From: a bacterium
GTDB lineage: Bacteria > SZUA-182 > DTGQ01 > JAFGSM01
Reading direction: 5' to 3'
Assembly (NCBI GenBank): GCA_049472315.1
Contig: JBLIRN010000004.1
Location: forward strand, 17,108 to 81,107
DNA length: 64,000 nt
Below the pieces are notes generated by a model. That model had not been told where the DNA came from, did not search any database, and saw only the letters and a program-made list of their open reading frames with translations. Of this stretch, positions 56,865 to 64,000 are shown piece by piece (within the stretch, counting starts at the first letter, position 1; each line of letters starts with the position of its first letter). Made by a program: the position numbers and the translations under genes.

Positions 56865-58046
56865 ATGAGTGAGAAAAGGTTATCGAGAGTCTTGGTTATC
56901 GGTTTGATCGCGGGTTTTGGAATTGTGTTGTCCATTAGTCTACCCGGGTACGCACAAATAGTTCCTCTGGTTCCTCCTATTCCTATCACTATGCAAACCA
57001 ATTATGTGCAAACGACCCCCTTCACCACTTCAGCCATGAATTCGTCTTACTATCGCGACATCTATACCACATACGGGACCCAAAACACGGCATTTTCCAA
57101 CCCCTTCGCCACCTACGGCTCTTCCTCCATGCTTTATACCGATCCATTTTCACAGGCGGCTTCCAATACCATGTCGTATCAAAATGTCTTTGGGCAACGC
57201 TTTGAAACAGGCCAGGAATTTTACAGGGACCCCTTCTATGCGGCCGGAGGGAAATATACGAATTATTCCTCTCTTATCGGAGGGTTCTCGTCTGAGATGG
57301 GGTATACCATGACCCCGTTTGGAGGCACCACCCACCTGGGGAGTTCATTGACCACACCGTGGACGCACATCGAGACGAATATCAATACGGCAGCGGGCAT
57401 TGCAGGTGCCGGTACCAGCATCCAACACGCGGCATTCGGTATGCCTACCGTGTACAATATGATGGGATTTAATCCTGCGGTTGCAGGCCAATTGTCCCTC
57501 ATGACCTATGGACACGAAACCGCAGCAATGGACAGGATGCTGAGCAATACATACGCCTATACCAAGGAAGGGATGGCGTATATCCCCGTTGCCAGCTACT
57601 ATAATGCAAACAGCGTGGGCGGCACGAACTATTTCTTCGCCGGAGACATCAGCTATCAAGAGGCCGGAATAACCCCTGGCGGCAGCTATGCAGTAAATCA
57701 GGAGGTACCGTCTTCTCTTGTCGGCTATGCAGGCGCTTCATTGGTAACCTCTGCGGCCCTGTCCGGTGCCTTTCTCGGTGCCGGCGCTGCTACTGCTGCC
57801 CCATATGGAGGCTGGACCGGCGGCACGACTGCTGCCTCAACAGGCTCCGGCGCCATTTATGCCGGCTGGGGTGCGGCTCCTACCGGTTCGTTCGGCGTTG
57901 TTTCCGGCGGCTGGGGTGCACCTGCCGGTGGATTTGCAACCGGCGGCGGTGTCTTTGCCGGAGGCGCAGGTCTTGCCGGCGCAGCATTTGGCATAGGAGG
58001 CGGAGGCGGAGGAGCCACCTACGGCGGCACCAATGTGGGCTGGTAA
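56865..58046 (+). CDS. Secreted Gly/Ala/Thr/Tyr-rich low-complexity protein
   Basis: SD AAAGGAG; signal peptide (GYA|Q); GGW/GWG motifs in a Gly-Ala-rich C-terminus ending NVGW; own terminator. Confidence 0.85.
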   Translation: MSEKRLSRVLVIGLIAGFGIVLSISLPGYAQIVPLVPPIPITMQTNYVQTTPFTTSAMNSSYYRDIYTTYGTQNTAFSNPFATYGSSSMLYTDPFSQAASNTMSYQNVFGQRFETGQEFYRDPFYAAGGKYTNYSSLIGGFSSEMGYTMTPFGGTTHLGSSLTTPWTHIETNINTAAGIAGAGTSIQHAAFGMPTVYNMMGFNPAVAGQLSLMTYGHETAAMDRMLSNTYAYTKEGMAYIPVASYYNANSVGGTNYFFAGDISYQEAGITPGGSYAVNQEVPSSLVGYAGASLVTSAALSGAFLGAGAATAAPYGGWTGGTTAASTGSGAIYAGWGAAPTGSFGVVSGGWGAPAGGFATGGGVFAGGAGLAGAAFGIGGGGGGATYGGTNVGW

Positions 58047-58110
58047 TAATGATGCCCTGTAAAAGGTAATTGATTTCGCCTTCATTGATTTTGATTTTTG
58101 CATGTTCACG

Positions 58111-58151
58111 GGCCCGGTTGAAGGAAATGACCCCTTCAAGCGGGCCTTTTT
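58111..58151 (+). terminator. Rho-independent terminator
   Basis: GGCCCGGTTGAAGG / CCTTCAAGCGGGCC followed by TTTTT. Confidence 0.8.
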
Positions 58152-58222
58152 GCACATCGGGCCCGTTCATCCACAGTCAAGCTGCGCGGTATCCCAGGGA
58201 TTCTCATTGTACCATAGGCTTG

Positions 58223-58400
58223 TTGTGAGTGGACATGTTTACGGAGCGATATAGGGAGGCTTTTTGTAAATTTTCTTGGCGAAGCGGAGCGTATAACACT
58301 GCACATGTCCGAGCGAAGCGAGTTTGTACAATATAGCGGAGCGAGCTTAGAAAATTAAAAAAGCCTGGCCGTCTAGCTGAGTGAATATATCCACCCACAA
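58223..58400. repeat. ~180-bp imperfect palindromic element (REP/MITE-like)
   Basis: Arms TTGTGAGTGGACATGTTTAC (58223-58242) / GTGAATATATCCACCCACAA (58381-58400); inner arms AGGCTTTTTGTAAATTTTCT / AGAAAATTAAAAAAGCCT; GCGAAGCGGAGC and CGAGCGAAGCGAG motifs. Confidence 0.65.
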
Positions 58401-58532
58401 ACCTCGATTAAAGATTCAAAATGGGAATCGTCAGCCGTAGTGCCTCTGCTTGAGAAACGACATGAATGCAAGCGTTACCCATTTGACTCTTCGAAAACCT
58501 TAGGCTATCCTCTCAGGTAACAAGGAGGATAC

Positions 58533-59360
58533 ATGGGCGTCATCACCCGCAATCTTGAACAGGCATCCGGCCTGTATCTATTATCCGTTGAATTTCCCGA
58601 AAACAGGCAGCAACCCGAACCGGGTCAATTCTATATGCTCCGCTGCAGCCCCTGCACCGATCCCCTTCTCAGACGACCGCTGAGCATCCATGGATATTGC
58701 GCAGAAGGCGAGAGAGGGAACCCTCGGTGTGATTTCCTCTACCGGGTGGCGGGAAAGGGGACCGCGCTTCTGTCGCGCATGGGACCGGCGGACCCTCTGG
58801 ATGTCATGGGCCCCCTGGGCACGGGATTCGACCTTCCCCCCTCCCTGGAATATGCACTGCTCATCGCCGGGGGTATCGGCATCGCCCCCCTGCCCTACCT
58901 TGCCGAGCGCCTTGCCGAGAAAAACACCTCCACCCATATCCGTCTGCTCTTCGGGGCACAAACCGCGGAACACATTATCGCCATAGAACGCTTCAACCGG
59001 CCGGAAATGGAGGTCTCCCTATACACCGAGGACGGGACCATGGGAAGGAAGGGGTGCGTCACCGACGATCTGGGCACGGAACTGAAGGCCTGTCACCCGG
59101 GGCGGTCCATGGTCTTTGCCTGCGGTCCTGATGGGATGCTCGACGCGGTGGCGCGGCAATGCATCGATGCGAAAATCCCTTGTCAGGTATCCCTGGATCG
59201 ACACATGGCGTGCGGTGTTGGTGCATGCCAGGGGTGCGTGGTGAAGGGGGCGCACCAGGGGAAGACCAGGGGGAGACCCTATGTGCGGGTATGCAGCGAC
59301 GGCCCGGTGTTTGAAGCCAGGCAGATCATGTGGTCAGGAGGGGAACAGTGCCCTCGTTAG
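58533..59360 (+). CDS. pyrK: Dihydroorotate dehydrogenase B, electron-transfer subunit
   Basis: PGQF, LRRPLSI, GPLGTGF, AGGIGIAP, ACGP, ACGVGACQGC...VC..GPVF. Confidence 0.95.
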   Translation: MGVITRNLEQASGLYLLSVEFPENRQQPEPGQFYMLRCSPCTDPLLRRPLSIHGYCAEGERGNPRCDFLYRVAGKGTALLSRMGPADPLDVMGPLGTGFDLPPSLEYALLIAGGIGIAPLPYLAERLAEKNTSTHIRLLFGAQTAEHIIAIERFNRPEMEVSLYTEDGTMGRKGCVTDDLGTELKACHPGRSMVFACGPDGMLDAVARQCIDAKIPCQVSLDRHMACGVGACQGCVVKGAHQGKTRGRPYVRVCSDGPVFEARQIMWSGGEQCPR

Positions 59361-60280
59361 CGGTTTTATTTGCAGGACTCACCCTCAAGAATCCCGTAGT
59401 GCTCGCCTCAGGCACCTGCGGATACGGGGTGGAATATGCCCCGTTCCTCGACCTCAACCGCCTCGGTGGGATCGTGGTCAAGGGGATCTCCCTCGCCCCC
59501 AGGCAGGGAAATCCCCCTCCCAGGATCATCGAGACACCCTCGGGCATGCTCAACGCCATCGGGCTTCAAAACATAGGATGGCGCGCCTTTGTGACCGAGT
59601 ATCTGCCCAGACTTTCCGCATTCGAGACCAAGGTCATCGTGAACATCTACGGTCACACCGTCGGGGAGTACCGCGAGGTGGCGCAGCGGCTCTCGGAGCA
59701 TCCGGGGATCCATGCCCTGGAGATCAATGTCTCCTGCCCGAATGTAGACAAGGGAGGGCTCGCCTTTGGAACGGACCCTGCCTGCACCTTTCAGGTCACC
59801 GAGGCGGTCAAAAAGGCGACCCATCTGCCGGTCATCACCAAGCTCTCCCCGAACGTGACGGATATCCGCCCCATTGCCAAGGCTGCGGAGGAGGCGGGTG
59901 CGGATGCCCTCTCCCTCATCAATACCCTCCTGGGAATGACCGTGGATGTCCGCACGAGACGCCCGCACCTTGCCAACATCACCGGCGGTCTCTCAGGCCC
60001 GGCCATCCGGCCGGTGGCCCTGCGCATGGTGTGGGAGGCGGCCAGGGCCGTTTCCCTGCCGATCATAGGCATGGGAGGGATCATGAATGCCGAGGATGCA
60101 CTCGCCTTCCTCATGGTAGGCGCCACGGCCGTTCAGATAGGCACCGGCCTCTTTGTGGACCCAAGCTGTCCGGTCAGGGTTCTGGATGGAATGCAGGCAT
60201 TCCTGGTCGAGGAGGGGATCGAGGATATCCGGCAGATCATAGGAGGCCTCGACACCTCACCGGCAAGGGATGATCGATGA
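59348..60280 (+). CDS. pyrD: Dihydroorotate dehydrogenase B (NAD+), catalytic subunit
   Basis: KNPVVLASGT, GNPPPRI, NAIGLQN, EINVSCPN, KLSPNVT, GGLSGPAI; GTG start after SD GGAGGGG. Confidence 0.96.
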   Translation: MPSLAVLFAGLTLKNPVVLASGTCGYGVEYAPFLDLNRLGGIVVKGISLAPRQGNPPPRIIETPSGMLNAIGLQNIGWRAFVTEYLPRLSAFETKVIVNIYGHTVGEYREVAQRLSEHPGIHALEINVSCPNVDKGGLAFGTDPACTFQVTEAVKKATHLPVITKLSPNVTDIRPIAKAAEEAGADALSLINTLLGMTVDVRTRRPHLANITGGLSGPAIRPVALRMVWEAARAVSLPIIGMGGIMNAEDALAFLMVGATAVQIGTGLFVDPSCPVRVLDGMQAFLVEEGIEDIRQIIGGLDTSPARDDR

Positions 60281-62028
60281 TCCCCGCCCGATGGACCTTC
60301 AGGGAACCATCATCCGGCGAGACGATCGATCGGCTGGCCAGGGCACTGGACCTGCATCCGGTGGTATGTCAAATACTCGCCCAGCGCGGATTCGAAACCC
60401 CCGAATCGATCACCGGGTTTCTCCGGCCCGACCTGACCTCGATACACAACCCCTTTCTTTTAAAAGATATGCACCATGCGGTGGAACGGATCGATCATGC
60501 CCTGAAAAAGGGGCACCCCATGCTCGTGTACGGTGACTACGATGTTGACGGCATCACTGCATCGGCGATGCTGGCCGAGTGCCTCACCGGATACGGCGGG
60601 AATGTACAGGTCCGCCTCCCCAACCGGGTCACCGAGGGATACGGCCTTCACCCCCGGGTGATCGAAGAGGCACACCGCAACGGCATCACCTTGATCATCA
60701 CCGTGGATTGCGGCACATCGGATCATGAGGCGGCCACACGTGCGCGCGACCTGGGGATCGATCTCATCATCACGGATCACCACCATCCTCCGGATACCCT
60801 TCCCGAGGCTGCCGCCCTCATCAATCCCAAACAACCGGATTGCCCGTATCCCTATAAGGACCTTGCCGGGGTCGGGGTGGCGCTCAAGCTGGTGCAGGCC
60901 CTTGCCCTTTCCCGCCAGGGACGGCAGATGAGTCTTCACCAGGTGGGATACTGGCCTGAGGCGCTCAACCGATACCTGGACCTGGTGTGCCTGGGGACGA
61001 TTGCGGACGTCATGCCCCTCACCGGGGAGAACAGGGTGCTGGTGAAGTTCGGCCTGGAGGCACTGCGCGATACCACACGGCCCGGCCTATGGGCGCTCAA
61101 GGAGGCCACCGGGATCAATGGAAAGGAGATGACCTCAGGAGCAGTGGGATTCGTACTCGCCCCCAGGATCAATGCCACCGGAAGGTTGCAGGGGCCCGAG
61201 GCGGGGCTGCGGCTCCTCATGACACCCTCCCCTCAGGAGGGGGAGCACCTCGCCCGCCTTTTGAATCAACAGAATCAAAAACGACGCGAGGTCGAGGAGG
61301 GCATCCTGCGCACCGCACACCGCAAGATCAAGGAGGAGTTGGATCTCGATGCGGAGATGGCGATCATCCTTGCCGATCCCGACTGGCATCCGGGGGTTAT
61401 CGGTATCGTGGCCCAGAAGCTGGTAGAAGAGTTCTACCGCCCTACCATCCTCATTTCTTTGCAATCCGGGATCGGAAAGGGATCGGCACGCTCCATACCC
61501 TGCATCCATCTCTATGCATTGCTCGATCATTGCCGACACCTGTTGAAGGACTTCGGGGGACATGCCCGTGCCGCCGGTCTCACCATCGACGAGGGGATGA
61601 TCCCCGCCTTCAGGAAGCGGGCAAACGAGGTCCTGAACGAGCAATACATCAGGGAGGAACTGGTACCGGAGATGACCATCGACGCCGTCATCGACGGGCA
61701 TTCCCTCGACTCCTCCCTCATCGAGCAGTTGGAGATCCTCGGTCCCTTCGGAAGCTCGAACCCTGAACCCGCCCTCTGCCTGAAGGGATTGTGCTCGACA
61801 GCCCCTCCCCGCCTCCTGAAGGACGCACACCTCAAGATCCGTTTCAGGGGTGCTTCGGGGATCCACGAGGCCATCGGCTTCAACATGCGGCATGTGTGGG
61901 AGCGGATGACCGGTTCCCTGGGGGAGCGTGCCTGGGATGTGGTCTTTTACCCCCAAATCAACAATTGGCAGGGAGTACGCACCATTCAACTCCGGCTCAA
62001 GGACATAAAGGCCCATGATTCGCATTGA
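60277..62028 (+). CDS. recJ: Single-stranded-DNA-specific exonuclease
   Basis: YGDYDVDG, NRVTEGYG, TVDCG, TDHH, LGTIADV, APRINA, GSARS, GGHARAAG. Confidence 0.96.
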   Translation: MIPARWTFREPSSGETIDRLARALDLHPVVCQILAQRGFETPESITGFLRPDLTSIHNPFLLKDMHHAVERIDHALKKGHPMLVYGDYDVDGITASAMLAECLTGYGGNVQVRLPNRVTEGYGLHPRVIEEAHRNGITLIITVDCGTSDHEAATRARDLGIDLIITDHHHPPDTLPEAAALINPKQPDCPYPYKDLAGVGVALKLVQALALSRQGRQMSLHQVGYWPEALNRYLDLVCLGTIADVMPLTGENRVLVKFGLEALRDTTRPGLWALKEATGINGKEMTSGAVGFVLAPRINATGRLQGPEAGLRLLMTPSPQEGEHLARLLNQQNQKRREVEEGILRTAHRKIKEELDLDAEMAIILADPDWHPGVIGIVAQKLVEEFYRPTILISLQSGIGKGSARSIPCIHLYALLDHCRHLLKDFGGHARAAGLTIDEGMIPAFRKRANEVLNEQYIREELVPEMTIDAVIDGHSLDSSLIEQLEILGPFGSSNPEPALCLKGLCSTAPPRLLKDAHLKIRFRGASGIHEAIGFNMRHVWERMTGSLGERAWDVVFYPQINNWQGVRTIQLRLKDIKAHDSH

Positions 62029-64000
62029 GGACATCACGGACCGGGTTCGATCGTATATCCCCGATCCGGATATCGATATCATAAACCGCGCCTATATCTT
62101 TTCGGCAAAGGTCCACAAGGGCCAGACCCGCGCGTCGGGCGGTCCCTACCTGGAACATCCCCTCGAGGTATCCGGTATTCTGGCAGGAATGAAACTGGAC
62201 GAGGTAACGGTTTCCGCAGGGCTCCTCCACGACACCGTCGAGGACACCCTGACCGGCATCAACCAGATCGAGGACCTCTTCGGTGCGGAAATCGCCTTTA
62301 TCGTCGACGGATTGAGCAAAATCGGCCAGATATCCTTCGAAAGCCAGGCAGCCGAGCAGGCGGAGAATTACAGAAAGATGATCCTGGCGATCGCCAAGGA
62401 CATCCGGGTCATCTTGATAAAACTGGCAGACCGCCTCCACAATATGAGGACCCTGCACTTCCTGGGTGAACCGAGCAGGAGGCGCATCGCCCAGGAGACC
62501 ATGGATATCTATGCCCCCTTTGCCAATCGGCTTGGTATGGCACGTATCAAATCAGAGCTCGAGGACCTCTCCTTCAAATACCTGGAGCCGGAGATCTACG
62601 AGGAACTGGTAAGAAACATCGAAAGCACCAAGAAGGAGACCATGCGGCTGATCGAGGAGGCCATCGGGATCATTACCAAGGAACTCGAGACATTCGGCAT
62701 ATCCTGCACCGTGTACGGCAGGCCCAAGCACATCTACAGCATCTATCAAAAGATGATGAGGAAGGAGATCTCCTTCGAACATGTCTTCGATCAGCGTGGC
62801 ATCAGGATCATCACCGAGTCGGTGAAGGACTGCTACGCAGTCCTGGGGGTCATCCATTCCCTGTGGAGGCCTGTGCCCGGGGAATTCGACGATTACATCG
62901 CCATGCCAAAACCAAACATGTATCAATCCCTGCACACGGTGGTCATCGGTCCCGGGGTGCAACCCCTGGAGATCCAGATACGCACCGATGAGATGAACAA
63001 AACCGCAGAGGAAGGAATCGCGGCTCACTGGCGTTACAAGGAAAAGGGGAAGATCGACGACAAATACGACCAAAAGCTCTTCTGGTTACGACAGTTGATG
63101 GAGTGGGTGCAGGAGCTGAAGGACCCCAACGAATTCCTCCGCATGATGAAGGTGGACCTCTTCCAGGACGAGGTCTTCGTATTCACCCCCAAGGGGGAGG
63201 TCAAGGGGCTTCCCAAGGATGCCACCCCAGTGGATTTTGCATACAGCATCCACACGGACGTCGGAGACCACTGTGTCGGCGCCATCGTCAACGGGAAGAT
63301 CGTGCCGTTGAATTCCACACTCAAGACCGGGGATGTGATCAAGATCAATACCTCCGCGAACCATAAACCGAACAGGGATTGGCTCAAATTCGTGAAATCG
63401 CCGAAGGCGATGCAGAAGATCAAGCACTGGATCAAGGTGGAGGAGCGGCAGAGGAGCATATCCCTTGGAAGGGACATCCTGGACAAGGTGGCGCGAAAAT
63501 ACGACCTCACCTACAACAAGCTCCTCCACGAGGGGATGATCACCCAGGCGGCCAGAAGATTCTCCTACCAGGGCATCGAGGAATTCCTCGCGGACATCGG
63601 ATATGGGAAGATCTCGGCAAAGCAGGTCATCCAATACATTGCGCCGCATGAACATCCGAAGGAGAAGAAGGAGGCATCTGCGGTTCAAAAGGCGGTTCGC
63701 CACATTACCAGGAAAAAGAAGGAAGGTGTCAGCATAAAGGGGCTTGATGACGTACTGGTGCGTTTTGCAAAATGCTGCAATCCTGTGCCCGGGGATCCGA
63801 TATGCGGTTTCATCACCCGGGGAAAGGGGATCACCGTGCACCGGGTGGACTGCCCAAACAGTCAATCCCTCGGGCTCGGCTCGGACCGCCAGATCGAGGT
63901 TGCATGGGATGTTAAGGACCACCGGCCCTTCCCTGTGGGGCTCACTGTCATCTCACTTGATCGCAGGGGGCTGCTCGCGGATATCACCACTGCCATTTCA
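62015..64000 (+). CDS. relA: Bifunctional (p)ppGpp synthetase/hydrolase (long RSH), truncated by window end
   Basis: Manual translation from ATG 62015: MIRIEDI...HKGQTRASGGPYLEHP...LLHDTVEDT...IKLADRLHNMRTL...GRPKHIYSI...YQSLHT...EIQIRT...TGS (VFVFTPKG) and ZFD (AKCCNPVPGD). Not in the ORF track because it has no stop. Confidence 0.95.
   Translation, partial: MIRIEDITDRVRSYIPDPDIDIINRAYIFSAKVHKGQTRASGGPYLEHPLEVSGILAGMKLDEVTVSAGLLHDTVEDTLTGINQIEDLFGAEIAFIVDGLSKIGQISFESQAAEQAENYRKMILAIAKDIRVILIKLADRLHNMRTLHFLGEPSRRRIAQETMDIYAPFANRLGMARIKSELEDLSFKYLEPEIYEELVRNIESTKKETMRLIEEAIGIITKELETFGISCTVYGRPKHIYSIYQKMMRKEISFEHVFDQRGIRIITESVKDCYAVLGVIHSLWRPVPGEFDDYIAMPKPNMYQSLHTVVIGPGVQPLEIQIRTDEMNKTAEEGIAAHWRYKEKGKIDDKYDQKLFWLRQLMEWVQELKDPNEFLRMMKVDLFQDEVFVFTPKGEVKGLPKDATPVDFAYSIHTDVGDHCVGAIVNGKIVPLNSTLKTGDVIKINTSANHKPNRDWLKFVKSPKAMQKIKHWIKVEERQRSISLGRDILDKVARKYDLTYNKLLHEGMITQAARRFSYQGIEEFLADIGYGKISAKQVIQYIAPHEHPKEKKEASAVQKAVRHITRKKKEGVSIKGLDDVLVRFAKCCNPVPGDPICGFITRGKGITVHRVDCPNSQSLGLGSDRQIEVAWDVKDHRPFPVGLTVISLDRRGLLADITTAIS

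Noticed and set aside
58204-58398. 64-aa minus-strand ORF
   Set aside because: Coincides with the palindromic element; likely a by-product of it.
1-64000. tRNA, rRNA, tmRNA, RNase P, IS transposases, prophage genes
   Set aside because: No diagnostic sequence was seen by eye; tRNAscan-SE, Infernal and ISEScan would confirm.

Overview
A 64-kb bacterial chromosomal window, mostly housekeeping. It holds the start of the dcw cluster (mraZ-rsmH-ftsL-ftsI-murE-murF'), rsmI, an aroDE-aroA-aroC-ROK operon, uvrB-acpS, a trkA-trkA-trkH cluster, pilB-pilT-pilC-pilS-pilR, gatA-gatB, hup, a DHH-CBS tRNA nucleotidyltransferase, scpA and pyrK-pyrD-recJ-relA'. This gene content resembles Deltaproteobacteria-like lineages (inference only). 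I saw no rRNA, tRNA, transposase or true CRISPR array. The most unusual signal is a dispersed set of seven signal-peptide-bearing proteins dominated by Tyr/Phe/Gly/Pro/Thr-rich low-complexity sequence. They include a 725-aa protein with GLYGG and PAVT repeat blocks and a papain-like peptidase with the same kind of tail. Two of them share a C-terminal domain and each has a correctly spaced sigma54 promoter; two others carry strong-SD mini-uORFs. Together they suggest an uncharacterised extracellular structural or matrix protein system. Other oddities: a PilZ-PilT fusion with intact c-di-GMP motifs, a degenerate receiver-kinase, a PIG-L deacetylase lacking catalytic residues, AroC with GESYG instead of GESHG, a ~77-bp repeat family flanking a 3.9-kb block in inverted orientation, a ~180-bp palindromic element and a candidate structured RNA. 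All family calls come from motif recognition by eye; no searches were run.
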